From Eubacteriales bacterium (GTDB lineage Bacteria; Bacillota; Clostridia; Oscillospirales; CAG-272), in assembly GCA_045594085.1 (NCBI GenBank), contig JAZNXW010000004.1, forward strand, positions 91,448-155,447: DNA of 64,000 bases, in the 5' to 3' direction. Both the position numbers and the translations under genes were made by a program. Of this stretch, positions 1 through 9,084 are shown one piece after another (the first letter of the stretch is position 1; the number at the start of each line of letters is the position of its first letter). Below the pieces are notes generated by a model. That model was not told the origin of the DNA, made no database searches, and saw only the letters and a list, made by a program, of their open reading frames with translations.

Positions 1-60
1 TACGGCACACAGTATGAGCATTAAAATGAGCGCGGTGAGACGCGATCCGACGTTTTTCAT
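1..60 (-). CDS. 5' end of a secreted or lipoprotein-like gene that runs off the window (partial)
   Basis: Minus-strand ATG at 58-60 with AAAGGAG 5 nt upstream. The first 20 codons read MKNVGSRLTALILMLILCAV, which is signal-peptide-like with an L-I-L-C lipobox-like motif. The frame is open to the window edge. Confidence 0.45.
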   Translation of the reverse strand, partial: MKNVGSRLTALILMLILCAV

Positions 61-104
61 ACAGACTCCTTTCAAAAAATGAGGTATACTTGTAAAAATC
101 GGGG

Positions 105-587
105 TTACTTGTGATATTTGCCGCCGCGGATGATGTTCATTGAGCGGTACATGATCTCATAAAGGATCGGTTGCATCATACTGTGCGGGAACGTGAAATC
201 CGATACGGACAAGCGCAGATTCGCTGCCGCTTTGACGGCAGGGGAAAGTCCGTATGAGCTGCCGATGATGAAGCAAAACTCGGATGCACCGCTGTCGGCG
301 GCACGTTCGAGATAGCGGGCGAACGAGGGAGAATCGAATTTCTTGCCCTCAACGCAAAGCGCAATGACGTGCGCGCCCTTTGGGATCGCGCGCAGGATCG
401 CCTCGCCTTCCTTGGCGAGCGCGGTCTCTATCTCCGCGTCGGAGGGCTCGGAGGGAAGCTTATAGGCGGACAGCTCCGTCTTGACAAGACGGCCGTACGC
501 GCCGAGACGCTTCGCGTATTCGTCGCGCTCCGCGCGTCGGTGCTCTTCCTTCAGCGGACCGACTGTTATAACGTGAAAAGTGTACAT
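105..587 (-). CDS. rlmH: 23S rRNA (pseudouridine1915-N3)-methyltransferase RlmH (SPOUT family)
   Basis: Track ORF 105..737 trimmed to the internal ATG at 587 (MYTFHVITVGPLKE...). Length is about 160 aa, and the C-terminal ...FPHSMMQPILYEIMYRSMNIIRGGKYHK is typical of RlmH. It sits directly after a YycJ-like gene, as in Bacillus. Confidence 0.9.
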   Translation of the reverse strand: MYTFHVITVGPLKEEHRRAERDEYAKRLGAYGRLVKTELSAYKLPSEPSDAEIETALAKEGEAILRAIPKGAHVIALCVEGKKFDSPSFARYLERAADSGASEFCFIIGSSYGLSPAVKAAANLRLSVSDFTFPHSMMQPILYEIMYRSMNIIRGGKYHK

Positions 588-588
588 A

Positions 589-1365
589 TCAGATAAGCCT
601 CGTCGTGCTGTACCTTGCGGCAATGTCGAGACAGGGCGAAAATCCGTGCTCGGAAAGCGCACGGATAACGGCGGTGCGCGCAAGATCGGGGGTGTTGCAG
701 TTTTCGGACAGATGCGAAAGAAGGATCGACTCAGCACCGAGCTCGACCAGCCGCACGGCGGCGTCCGCGCTCTGTTCGTTTGAGAGGTGACCGCGCACGG
801 ACGCGATGCGTTCGCGAACGGTGAAGGGATAGGGCGACGTGTGGAGCATACCGACGTCGTGATTTGCCTCGAGTACGACGTGAGTCGCGCCGGAAAGCGC
901 GTCCGTCATGGACTCGGTGACGTGACCTGTGTCCGTCATAAGCCCAAATTTGACGTCCTCGCCGTCGAAATCGACGGTGTAACCAACGGACATCGCGCTG
1001 TCGTGCGAGGTTCGGAAGCTCGAAACGGTCATTTTGCCGATCCGAACGGAGAAAAGCGGAGGATGAGTGACTGCGTGAGCGAGCATCGCGTCCTTGCTCA
1101 CGACAGCGGACGCGGAATCCTCCGTGATGTGTACGGGTATGTGATGCTTCTTTGACAGCACCTCAAGCGCAGAGATGTGATCGCAGTGCTCGTGCGTTAC
1201 GAACACTGCGTGAATTTTGTCCATGGAGACGCCGAGCTCCGCGACGGCGGTTGTAAGCGCCTTCGCGGAGCGTCCCGCGTCGATGAGTATGTAGTCCCCG
1301 TCTGCGCCGACGAGGACGGAATTTCCCGATGAACCGGAATAAAGGGTAGCGATCTTAATGTCCAT
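589..1365 (-). CDS. MBL-fold metallo-hydrolase (YycJ/WalJ-like)
   Basis: HxHxDH motif (VTHEHCDH) and N-terminus MDIKIATLYSGSSGNS. The ATG at 1365 is preferred over 1389 because it avoids overlap with the upstream ORF. Confidence 0.85.
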   Translation of the reverse strand: MDIKIATLYSGSSGNSVLVGADGDYILIDAGRSAKALTTAVAELGVSMDKIHAVFVTHEHCDHISALEVLSKKHHIPVHITEDSASAVVSKDAMLAHAVTHPPLFSVRIGKMTVSSFRTSHDSAMSVGYTVDFDGEDVKFGLMTDTGHVTESMTDALSGATHVVLEANHDVGMLHTSPYPFTVRERIASVRGHLSNEQSADAAVRLVELGAESILLSHLSENCNTPDLARTAVIRALSEHGFSPCLDIAARYSTTRLI

Positions 1366-1370
1366 TGTGC

Positions 1371-1787
1371 TCAAAAGCTTGCGAGCCAATCCGATATTGC
1401 GGGGAAATAATAAAGCTCAATGATCTCATAAATGAATACGAACAAAAACGCAACCGTGGGGACGAGAAAATACTTCGCCGTCCGGCGCCGTTTTTCGGCA
1501 GCCTCGATATAACGCGTCTTTTCAACGTGATTCCACGCCGACGGAAGCTCGTCCGCAGTCGGGACTCTGCCCGAAAATCCGCGGTTCAGTGTAACAACTG
1601 CGATAAATCCCGCACCGGCAAGTATCAGATACAGCCACATCAGTGCCGTGTAGCAGACGGGGGCGATCAGCCCCTCCTCTACTGCGTTCAGCACGATGCG
1701 GTATACGCCGAAAATAACTATGACAGCGGCGGCAAAAATGAGATACAGCTTGATGTTTGGCTTCTTATTCTCCGTTTTACGGCTCAT
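1371..1787 (-). CDS. Small integral membrane protein, function unknown
   Basis: 138 aa with three hydrophobic helices. TAATG stop/start overlap with the upstream kinase gene suggests translational coupling. No family recognised. Confidence 0.6.
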   Translation of the reverse strand: MSRKTENKKPNIKLYLIFAAAVIVIFGVYRIVLNAVEEGLIAPVCYTALMWLYLILAGAGFIAVVTLNRGFSGRVPTADELPSAWNHVEKTRYIEAAEKRRRTAKYFLVPTVAFLFVFIYEIIELYYFPAISDWLASF

Positions 1788-3085
1788 TATTCAAATACCT
1801 TGACTGCGCCCGCGCTTCTGATGCGAAGCTCCATGCAAGCGCCTTCGCCAAAGACGGAATCCATCAGCGTGCGGTATTCGGATGCGTACTGACTCGGTAC
1901 GAATGCCTGAACGGTGCCTGCAAATCCGCCGCCGTGAACGCGCCAAGCAGCCTTTTTGTCGGAAAGGAAGCCCTCGGTGATGCAAAGAGCAAGGGAAAGT
2001 CCCTGTTCTTCAACGTTCTTTACTGTGTATACGTTCTGGAGGTACTTGTAGCTGGAGTCACCGGATGCGAGGATGGCGGAAAGGAATCCGTCAAGCTCGT
2101 CGCGACGGAGGATGTCGGCGGTCTTTGCGACTCTTTCGGTCTCGCGAACGAAGTGAACGGCACGCATAAACGCTCTGTCGCCGCATTCTGTGCGGATCTT
2201 CTTTGCGTTTGCGAGGAGTTGCTCGTACTTGACGTGGCAAAGCACCTCGTAGCCGAGAAGACGTGCAACGGCCTTCATCTCTGCGGGAACAGATGCGTAG
2301 TCAGCGTTGAGGTCTGCGTGGTTTCCGCCCGTGTCGGTGATGCAGAGGGAGTAGCCCTTCTTCGTCAGATCGAAGCCGAGACCTTCGGTCTTGGGCGCGT
2401 TTTTGTCCTCGAAATCGATGGTGATAAGACCGCCCCAAGCGCACGCCATCTGGTCCATAAGTCCGCAAGGCTTGCCGAAGAACTTGTTTTCCGCGTACTG
2501 TGCGATCTTCGCGATGTTGGTTGCGGAAACGGTGCCGTCGTTGTAGAAATGAGAGAGAATGTTGCCGACCATATCCTCGAACGCGGCAGAGGAGGACAGA
2601 CCGGAGCCTTTAAGTACGTTTGAGGTCGTGTATGCGTCAAATCCGCCGACGGAAAGCCCCGTTTCACGGAATCCGTCTGCTACGCCCGCGATGATGGCCT
2701 CGGAACGGAAGAATTTGTCCTCGATCGGTGCGGTGTAAACGGAAATGTCAACTACGTCCTCGGGGAAGCCTTCGCTCTTGATGCGGATGATGGAATCCTC
2801 GCGTCTGGACGCAACCGCGATGCAGTCGAGGGTGATGGACGCGGCGATGACACGGCCCTGCTGATGGTCGGTGTGGTTGCCCATGATCTCGCTTCTGCCG
2901 GGAACGGAGAAGAGCGCGACGTCACGATCCTCGCCGTAGAGGTCCTCGAACGAGGAGACGGTGGAGTACCAACGGTCGCGGAAGGAGGGGATGCGTTCGT
3001 CCGTTGCGGGAAGCTCGAGAAGAGATGCGATCTTTGCATCAAGCTCGCCCTTGACGATCATTGCTTTGAGAAGAGAGGTTTTCAT
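1787..3085 (-). CDS. Galactokinase-family GHMP sugar kinase
   Basis: GRSEIMGNHTDHQQG resembles the galactokinase signature, and GSGLSSSAAFE is a GHMP ATP-binding motif. ATG at 3085 with a GGAG RBS. The specific sugar was not determined. Confidence 0.8.
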   Translation of the reverse strand: MKTSLLKAMIVKGELDAKIASLLELPATDERIPSFRDRWYSTVSSFEDLYGEDRDVALFSVPGRSEIMGNHTDHQQGRVIAASITLDCIAVASRREDSIIRIKSEGFPEDVVDISVYTAPIEDKFFRSEAIIAGVADGFRETGLSVGGFDAYTTSNVLKGSGLSSSAAFEDMVGNILSHFYNDGTVSATNIAKIAQYAENKFFGKPCGLMDQMACAWGGLITIDFEDKNAPKTEGLGFDLTKKGYSLCITDTGGNHADLNADYASVPAEMKAVARLLGYEVLCHVKYEQLLANAKKIRTECGDRAFMRAVHFVRETERVAKTADILRRDELDGFLSAILASGDSSYKYLQNVYTVKNVEEQGLSLALCITEGFLSDKKAAWRVHGGGFAGTVQAFVPSQYASEYRTLMDSVFGEGACMELRIRSAGAVKVFE

Positions 3086-3124
3086 ATACAGTCTCCTTAA
3101 CTAAATAAGATTGTGAGTTTTAAT

Positions 3125-3919
3125 TTATTGTTTACCCGCGCGGACGCGTCTTGCCGAAACGGTGCGCGCCGAAGCGGGATCAATGTCGAAGATAACACCC
3201 TCAAGGGTGGGGGAACCGTCCGCTACGTTGAAGCGGCACGGCATTTTATCCTTGTTGAATTTGATTATGTCCTCGGTTCTGACGCCGAGAACGCCGTTTT
3301 GCGGTCCCGTCATACCAAGATCCGTGACGTAACCGGTGCCGTTCGGCAGAACGCGCAGGTCCGAGGTCGGAATGTGGGTGTGAGTGCCCCAAATCGCGCC
3401 GATGCGCGCTCCGTCTGACGCGTCGAGGTAGCGTGCGTAGGCGAGCTTTTCGCCCGTCGCCTCCGCGTGGATATCGATGAGTGCAAAATCGTATTTTCCG
3501 CGCTCGCGTTCGAGGATCTTTTCCGTTGTTTCAAACGGACAGGCAAGCGAAACGTTCATGTAAGCGGTGCCCGATACGTTGATGATGAGTACGCGCACTC
3601 CGTCAACGGTGATGACGGTCGAGCCGACACCCGCGGCCGATGCGGGATAATTCGCGGGACGCAGAACGCGGTCCGTCGAATCGAGATAGGGCTTGATAAC
3701 GTCACGGTCCCAGATGTGGTTGCCCGTTGTGATGACGTCAACGCCCGCCGCGAATATGACTGATGCGAGCTCGGGGGTAAGCCCCCTGCCGTCTGCGGCG
3801 TTTTCGCCGTTACAGACGATGAGATCGGGACGGTGCTGCTCCCGCACCTCGGCAATAAGACCGCGCAGCGCGTCTGCCGCCGCCTCGCCGAAGATGTCAC
3901 CGATTGCTAAAACTTTCAT
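3125..3919 (-). CDS. ymdB: YmdB-family metallophosphoesterase (2',3'-cyclic-nucleotide 2'-phosphodiesterase)
   Basis: MKVLAIGDIFG...CNGENAADGRG calcineurin-like motifs. Positioned immediately downstream of rny, as in B. subtilis. Confidence 0.88.
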   Translation of the reverse strand: MKVLAIGDIFGEAAADALRGLIAEVREQHRPDLIVCNGENAADGRGLTPELASVIFAAGVDVITTGNHIWDRDVIKPYLDSTDRVLRPANYPASAAGVGSTVITVDGVRVLIINVSGTAYMNVSLACPFETTEKILERERGKYDFALIDIHAEATGEKLAYARYLDASDGARIGAIWGTHTHIPTSDLRVLPNGTGYVTDLGMTGPQNGVLGVRTEDIIKFNKDKMPCRFNVADGSPTLEGVIFDIDPASARTVSARRVRAGKQ

Positions 3920-4127
3920 ATTTTGCCCTCAAAAACTGATTTTTCCAAAGAGAATCAAAGGCGAGAGCGAACTCGCGTTTCACTCCCGCCTTTTTTGCAT
4001 ACTATAAAATGTTTACGAAAGAATTAACGCACATACGTTTATATAAACGGAAAATCCGTTGTTTTCACAGTCGGTCTATATAAAAATCTATGTCCGCGGA
4101 GGGAGGCCTCCGAATGAAGGAACTGCG

Positions 4128-5669
4128 TTATTTTGCGTAGTCTATAGCTCTGCTTTCGCGTATGATGTGGACCTTGATCTGTCCGGGATATTCAAGCTCG
4201 GATTCAATGCGCTTAACGATGTCGTGCGCGACGATCTTCATCTTGTCGTCGCTGACGATCTCCGGTTTCACCATTATGCGGATCTCGCGTCCTGCTTGGA
4301 TAGCATAGGACTTTTCAACGCCCTCAAACTCTTTTGTGATCTCTTCGAGCTTTGTCAGACGCTTGATGTAATTTTCAAGATTTTCGCGTCTCGCGCCGGG
4401 ACGTGCAGCGGAAATAGCGTCTGCAGCCTGAACAATGAGAGCGATGATGGTCTTGGGTTCCACGTCGCCGTGGTGCGCTTCGATAGCGTGAATGATCTCC
4501 TTGTTTTCGCGGTATTTTTTAGCCGCTTCGACACCGAGCTGAACGTGGGAGCCTTCTGCTTCCTGTGTAAGAGCCTTACCGATGTCGTGGAGAAGTCCCG
4601 CACGTCTTGCCTGAACGGGGTCTGCGCCGAGCTCGTCAGCGAGGATGCCCGAAAGCAGGGAGACCTCGATGGAGTGAGTGAGCACGTTCTGGCCGTAGCT
4701 CGTGCGGTATTTGAGTCTGCCGAGGAGTTTCTGAAGCTCGGGGTTGATTCCGTGTACACCCGTGTCGAATGTGGCGCGTTCGCCTGCCTGCTTGATAGCG
4801 GCATCGACTTCGCGGCGAGCCTTATCTATCATTTCTTCGATTCTGGTGGGATGTATACGTCCGTCGGAAATGAGCTTTTCGATCGCAAGGCGCGCGATTT
4901 CGCGGCGAACGGGATCGAAGCTCGAGAGGGTGATCGCCTCGGGCGTGTCGTCGATGATGAGATCGACGCCTGTAAGCGTTTCGATAGCGCGAATGTTTCT
5001 GCCTTCGCGTCCGATGATGCGTCCCTTCATCTCCTCGTTCGGGAGAGTGACGGAGGAAACGGTGATTTCGGATACGTGATCGGCTGCACAGCGCTGAATA
5101 GCAAGGGAGAGAATGTTTTTCGCCTTTGTTTCCGCTTGTTCTTTGAACTGACGCTCGTATTCGTCGAGCTTCATCGCCGTTTCGTGCTGCATTTCGGAAT
5201 CGAGACTGCGGAGCAGCTCTGCCTTTGCTTCTTCGCAAGACATTCCCGCGATGCGTTCGAGTGCGGCCTGCTGCTCGGAGAGAGCTTTTTTGATCTCTTC
5301 GGACTGAAGCTCAACCTCACGGATCTTCTTGGTCAGGTTCTCGTTATTGCGGTCCGCGGCATCAAGCTTACGGTCAAGGGATTCTTCTTTCTTGATGATC
5401 CTGTTTTCCGTGTTTGTGATCTCGCGACGGCGTTCTTTTATTTCACGGTCAGCTTCGTTTTTAGCCTTGAGTATTTCTTCCTTGGCTTCAACGAGCATTT
5501 CCTTACGCTTTGTTTCGGACGTCTTGATAGCGTCAGCAACTATGCGCTTTGCTTCTGTCTCAGCGGAGCCGATAGCGGCTTCGGAAACGTGCTTGCGGTA
5601 TGCAATGCCGAGAAAGAAAAATACGGGTGCGCAAACTACTGCCGTTATGATCGCCCATAAGTATTCCAA
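4128..5669 (-). CDS. rny: Ribonuclease Y
   Basis: N-terminal TM helix, long coiled coil, KH domain ([12 protein letters not shown]) and HD domain (LLHDIGKA). TTG start at 5669 with GGAGG upstream. Confidence 0.95.
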   Translation of the reverse strand: MEYLWAIITAVVCAPVFFFLGIAYRKHVSEAAIGSAETEAKRIVADAIKTSETKRKEMLVEAKEEILKAKNEADREIKERRREITNTENRIIKKEESLDRKLDAADRNNENLTKKIREVELQSEEIKKALSEQQAALERIAGMSCEEAKAELLRSLDSEMQHETAMKLDEYERQFKEQAETKAKNILSLAIQRCAADHVSEITVSSVTLPNEEMKGRIIGREGRNIRAIETLTGVDLIIDDTPEAITLSSFDPVRREIARLAIEKLISDGRIHPTRIEEMIDKARREVDAAIKQAGERATFDTGVHGINPELQKLLGRLKYRTSYGQNVLTHSIEVSLLSGILADELGADPVQARRAGLLHDIGKALTQEAEGSHVQLGVEAAKKYRENKEIIHAIEAHHGDVEPKTIIALIVQAADAISAARPGARRENLENYIKRLTKLEEITKEFEGVEKSYAIQAGREIRIMVKPEIVSDDKMKIVAHDIVKRIESELEYPGQIKVHIIRESRAIDYAK

Positions 5670-5791
5670 CTCAATAAAACCTCCTTTTCTTTTGTAGTTT
5701 CTTTTTCAAATTTCAATAGCGTTTATTAAATTTGCGGGTATGTATGATAAAGAGCGCCGGAGAGCCACTCTAATACATCGTACATCTCATA

Positions 5792-5820
5792 TATTGTATA
5801 CCAAAAACCCGATTTCGTCA
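5792..5820 (-). promoter_or_regulatory. Candidate sigma-A promoter for rny
   Basis: On the minus strand, TTGACG (5815-5820), a 17-nt spacer, then TACAAT (5792-5797). This is about 120 nt upstream of the rny start. Confidence 0.5.
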
Positions 5821-5991
5821 AGTAGAATAATACCCTCGTCGTGATTAACTTTAACTTTGGATGTAAACAAATTTTTAACAATCGCCCGTATGCGTGGAAC
5901 TTGGGTTGCGGTTTGATATATACTTTATATGTAGCCGAAAGGAAAAACAAAACCCGTTTCGGCGCAAATCTGTGAATTTTGAGGAACGGCT

Positions 5992-6501
5992 ATGGCAAAT
6001 TTCAGAAAGATCTCCCCCGAAGCCCTCGAGGGAAATGCGTTTCAGATGATAGGCAGAGATTGGATGCTCGTGACCGCAACTGACAGTAACGGAGATGCAA
6101 ATACAATGACGGCAAGCTGGGGCGGCGTCGGTGTGCTCTGGAACGAGCCGGTCGCGTTCGTGTTCGTGCGTCCCCAGCGTCACACACATAAATTCACCGA
6201 GTCGGGCGACGTGCTTACGCTCTCCTTTTTCGGCGGAGCGCAGCGCGATGCACTTGTGTATTGCGGGCGCGTCTCGGGACGCGATGAGGACAAATTCAAG
6301 GGCTCGGGACTTACTCCCGTCAAGCTCGGTGCCGCCGTCGGCTTTGAGGAAGCAACAGCAGTCCTTGTTTGCCGCAAGCTCTATGCGGACGTAATCAAAA
6401 AGGACGCATTCACCGACGCGTCCCTTCTGAAAAATTATCCCGACGATGACTTCCACACAGTCTACGTTGTCAAGGTCGAGGACGTTTACGTTCGCGATTG
6501 A
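5992..6501 (+). CDS. Flavin reductase-like (FMN-binding split-barrel) protein
   Basis: 169 aa. MANFRKISPEALEGNAFQMIGRDWMLVTA...NTMTASWGG is typical of flavin reductase domain proteins. Its 3' end overlaps the convergent tepA by 16 nt. Confidence 0.75.
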   Translation: MANFRKISPEALEGNAFQMIGRDWMLVTATDSNGDANTMTASWGGVGVLWNEPVAFVFVRPQRHTHKFTESGDVLTLSFFGGAQRDALVYCGRVSGRDEDKFKGSGLTPVKLGAAVGFEEATAVLVCRKLYADVIKKDAFTDASLLKNYPDDDFHTVYVVKVEDVYVRD

Positions 6502-7124
6502 AGCCAACCGATAGCATCAGATAAGCCGCCGATGCGGTCGATAAGACCGATTTCGACGGCTTCTTTGCCGTCTATGACCGTGCCGGTGTCATTTGCGAGC
6601 TCGTCCGTCTGCATCATCAGCGAGCGCAGACGCTCGCGCTCAATACGCGAGTGCGAGGTGACAAAGCCGATGATGCGATCCTGCATCCGCTCGAGATAGC
6701 GGTAGGTCTGCGGTACGCCGATCACGGTGCCGTTCATCCGAACAGGGTGGAGTGTCATTGTCGCGGACGGTACGATGAAGGAGTGCTTCGCCGCTACCGC
6801 GAGCGGCACTCCGATGCTGTGACCGCCGCCGAGCACGACGGAAGCCGTCGGTTTGGACATCCCCGCGATCAGCTCCGCGATCGCGAGTCCCGCCTCAACG
6901 TCGCCGCCCATCGTGTTAATGAGGATCAACACACCTTTCACGCGCGGATCAAGCTCGGACTCGGAGAAAAACGGCAGCATATGCTCGTATTTCGTTGTTT
7001 TTTGCGCGTCGGAAAGCAGATAATGCCCCTCGATCTGACCGATCACGGTCACAGTCCTGATCCCGTCGCCGGCAGCAGACGGCAAAGACTCGGATCTTGC
7101 GCCTGCTTCGTTTTCTTCGTTCAT
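6486..7124 (-). CDS. tepA: ClpP-fold protein TepA (translocation-enhancing protein-like)
   Basis: VIGQIEGH...KTTKYEH...LILINTMGGDVEAGLAIAELIAGMSKPTASVVLGGGHSIGVPLAV...MTLHPVR closely follows the B. subtilis TepA pattern as I recall it. Confidence 0.78.
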   Translation of the reverse strand: MNEENEAGARSESLPSAAGDGIRTVTVIGQIEGHYLLSDAQKTTKYEHMLPFFSESELDPRVKGVLILINTMGGDVEAGLAIAELIAGMSKPTASVVLGGGHSIGVPLAVAAKHSFIVPSATMTLHPVRMNGTVIGVPQTYRYLERMQDRIIGFVTSHSRIERERLRSLMMQTDELANDTGTVIDGKEAVEIGLIDRIGGLSDAIGWLQSRT

Positions 7125-7132
7125 AATAACTC

Positions 7133-7186
7133 TCCGTTTTTTGTTATCTCCCGATTATTATTCGCTCCGCCCTTGCAATTTATGCG
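7133..7186 (+). repeat. 54-bp direct repeat, copy A (tepA-proximal)
   Basis: tccgttttttgttatctcccgattattattcgctccgcccttgcaatttatgcg matches 8351-8404 at 51 of 54 positions by hand alignment. Confidence 0.9.
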
Positions 7187-7192
7187 CGAAAA

Positions 7193-7222
7193 CAAAAAAC
7201 AGCCCCCGAAAAGGGCTGTTTT
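7193..7222 (-). terminator. Rho-independent terminator of the two-gene cassette
   Basis: Hairpin cagccc/gggctg flanked by A and T runs, immediately after the stop of ORF 7227..7874. Confidence 0.7.
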
Positions 7223-7226
7223 GAGT

Positions 7227-7874
7227 TTATTTTTTCCACGAAAGCGTAACGGAACCGTCGGCTTTTCTGTATATCAGTTTTCCGAGTTCTCTCGTTTCGG
7301 AGTCTTTGATCTCGTAATAGTATACGGCATCGTACCAATCGTAGTTGAAGCCTTCAACGACGATGCTGTTTGCGTCGGGATTTTCTTTCAGCCATTCGTT
7401 CAGCTTGTTTTTGCTTTTTAAAGCGGAGACGGGATCTCCAAAAAAGAGCATCAACGGGTATGCGATCGATGCGCAAAGCGCAACGGCAAGGACGGCGGAG
7501 AGGATGCGCGTCGGAATGCGCGCGGCTTTTTTGAATAACGCCTTATCGAAAAGATACGCGATGAGACAGCCGAGCCCGAAGCAAACAAAATTCAACATAA
7601 GTCCTGCCAAAAACAGGGAAAGATCATATCCGTTCAAAAGCGATTCTGTGGTGATTCCAGCGAACACCAGAATTACCGAGATCAGCACGCCTCCTCGCAT
7701 CGAAACCGTTTTTTTGAGTATGTATATAAGCGCACCGGAAACGGGCAAAAGATACAGAGTGTGTCCGAAATTAACTCCGCCGTCAAAAAGTAAAATGAAG
7801 CTGCCCGAAAAAGCGAGCGCGGCGGCAAGGCACAGTATGGCTACATCTGTTATACAAAAAAATTTTTTCATCAT
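7227..7874 (-). CDS. Polytopic membrane protein with a soluble C-terminal domain of about 70 aa, function unknown
   Basis: 215 aa with about 5 hydrophobic helices. Separated by 2 nt from the upstream ORF. Visibly lower GC than its neighbours. Confidence 0.55.
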   Translation of the reverse strand: MMKKFFCITDVAILCLAAALAFSGSFILLFDGGVNFGHTLYLLPVSGALIYILKKTVSMRGGVLISVILVFAGITTESLLNGYDLSLFLAGLMLNFVCFGLGCLIAYLFDKALFKKAARIPTRILSAVLAVALCASIAYPLMLFFGDPVSALKSKNKLNEWLKENPDANSIVVEGFNYDWYDAVYYYEIKDSETRELGKLIYRKADGSVTLSWKK

Positions 7875-7876
7875 CG

Positions 7877-8212
7877 TCAGTTAATGTTATTGTGGCAATA
7901 TATCAAATACTCTGATTGCAAAGACGGAGTGACCTTTAATGTGCTGTGTTGGTTTTTATGATTCGTGCTTTTGTACGATATGTCCCAATATGCGTCGGAA
8001 CCATTAAGAAATGTTGTTTCTACAAACGTCAACAACTCGTCTTTGTTCACGTTTGCCAAATAATTGTAATGGGCTTCGTTTGCCGCGCCGACATATATTT
8101 CTTTAGACAAAGCGTCATTGCTTTGCGCTGCTGATATTGAAATCAAACAAACAAAAAATAGCGTAACTAGAAATGCTAGTGTGATTGGCAAAAAAAGACG
8201 TTTTCTTTTCAC
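7877..8212 (-). CDS. Small secreted or membrane-anchored protein, function unknown
   Basis: 111 aa with a GTG start. N-terminus MKRKRLFLPITLAFLVTLFFVCLISISAAQS looks like a signal peptide. Strongly AT-rich coding sequence. Confidence 0.5.
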   Translation of the reverse strand: MKRKRLFLPITLAFLVTLFFVCLISISAAQSNDALSKEIYVGAANEAHYNYLANVNKDELLTFVETTFLNGSDAYWDISYKSTNHKNQHSTLKVTPSLQSEYLIYCHNNIN

Positions 8213-8275
8213 AAAGTGTTCTCATTTGTGTTGAATATAGTGTAATCACAAGCCGTTTTGTGCATTACTACCTAT

Positions 8276-8304
8276 AGCATATCATCCTGCGAAGGAAGTG
8301 TCAA
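8276..8304 (-). promoter_or_regulatory. Candidate sigma-A promoter of the two-gene cassette
   Basis: On the minus strand, TTGACA (8299-8304), a 17-nt spacer, then TATGCT (8276-8281). Confidence 0.55.
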
Positions 8305-8350
8305 CATTAAATTAACAATATTGTGCATAAATGTTCACAAACCAGAAGCT

Positions 8351-8404
8351 TCCGTTTTTCGTTATCTCCCGATTATTATTCGCCCCGCTCTTGCAATTTA
8401 TGCG
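8351..8404 (+). repeat. 54-bp direct repeat, copy B (pduL-proximal)
   Basis: tccgtttttcgttatctcccgattattattcgccccgctcttgcaatttatgcg. This is the partner of 7133-7186 and contains the -35 element of the pduL promoter. Confidence 0.9.
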
Positions 8405-8419
8405 GCGATGTGCTATACT
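8391..8419 (+). promoter_or_regulatory. Candidate sigma-A promoter for pduL
   Basis: TTGCAA (8391-8396), a 17-nt spacer, then TATACT (8414-8419). Confidence 0.55.
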
Positions 8420-8463
8420 TTTGAAAGAAATAACAGTTCAATTTTCGAAAGGTATAAATAGTA

Positions 8464-9039
8464 ATGGCAAACAAGATTTTAGTTGAAACCTCCGCACGTC
8501 ATGTCCACCTCACGCAGGAACACATCGACATCCTTTTCGGCAAGGGCCACGAGCTCACCGTTAAGAAGATGCTTTCTCAGCCCGGTCAGTACGCGTGCGA
8601 GGAAAGAGTTGACGTTGTAGGTCCCAAGAAGACGATCGCAAAGGTTTCCATCCTCGGACCGGCTCGCCCTGCAAGCCAGGTTGAGGTCTCTCTCACAGAC
8701 GCAAGAACGCTCGGCGTTACAGCTCCCGTCCGTGAAAGCGGCGACGTTGAAGGCTCCGCTCCCTGCAAGCTCGTTGGTCCTGCAGGCGAAGTTGAGATCG
8801 ACTGCGGCGTTATCGTTGCAAAGCGTCACATCCATATGACTCCCGCAGACGCAGAGGCTTGCGGTGTTTCCGATAAGGACGTTGTAAGCGTCAAGATCGA
8901 TTCCGACGGCAGAAGCCTCGTTTTCGGTGACGTTGTATGCCGCGTAAGCCCCAAGTTTGCGCTCGCAATGCACATCGATACCGATGAAGCGAATGCGGCT
9001 TGCGCGTTCGGTGAATGCTACGGCGAAATCGTGAAGTAA
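8464..9039 (+). CDS. pduL: Phosphate propanoyltransferase / phosphate acyltransferase PduL
   Basis: MANKILVETSARHVHLTQEHIDILFG... and a second ...VAKRHIHMTPADAE half match the duplicated PduL fold signature. Confidence 0.88.
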   Translation: MANKILVETSARHVHLTQEHIDILFGKGHELTVKKMLSQPGQYACEERVDVVGPKKTIAKVSILGPARPASQVEVSLTDARTLGVTAPVRESGDVEGSAPCKLVGPAGEVEIDCGVIVAKRHIHMTPADAEACGVSDKDVVSVKIDSDGRSLVFGDVVCRVSPKFALAMHIDTDEANAACAFGECYGEIVK

Positions 9040-9054
9040 GATTTTGAAAATGAG

Positions 9055-9084
9055 AAAAAGCACCTCGAAAGAGGTGCTTTTTTG
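9055..9084 (+). terminator. Rho-independent terminator after pduL
   Basis: aaaaagcacctc-gaaa-gaggtgctttttt. Confidence 0.8.

Noticed and set aside
105-737. N-terminally extended versions of several track ORFs: rlmH 105..737, spoVAD up to 11065, pyrR from 34265, dpaB up to 63897, AIM24 up to 24582, abrB up to 27775, xth from 18094, ileS from 50026, lspA from 52794, queA from 42304, and GH43 from 60508.
   Set aside because: In each case an internal start has a proper Shine-Dalgarno sequence and coincides with the conserved family N-terminus. The extensions overlap neighbouring genes, promoters or terminators and translate to low-complexity sequence.
4059-5660. 533-aa plus-strand ORF covering the rny locus. 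Analogous long antisense ORFs are 27853..30003 (opposite ftsH), 36429..37931 (opposite glyQS), 34280..35926 (opposite pyrR/pyrP), 50128..51474 and 51583..52833 (opposite ileS), 57074..58048 and 58732..60078 (opposite mscS and the synthetase fusion), and 15691..16779.
   Set aside because: Each lies exactly antisense to a gene with unmistakable conserved motifs. The translations are Arg-, Cys-, Val- or Asp-heavy with no recognisable domains and no RBS. This is typical shadow-ORF behaviour in GC-rich coding DNA.
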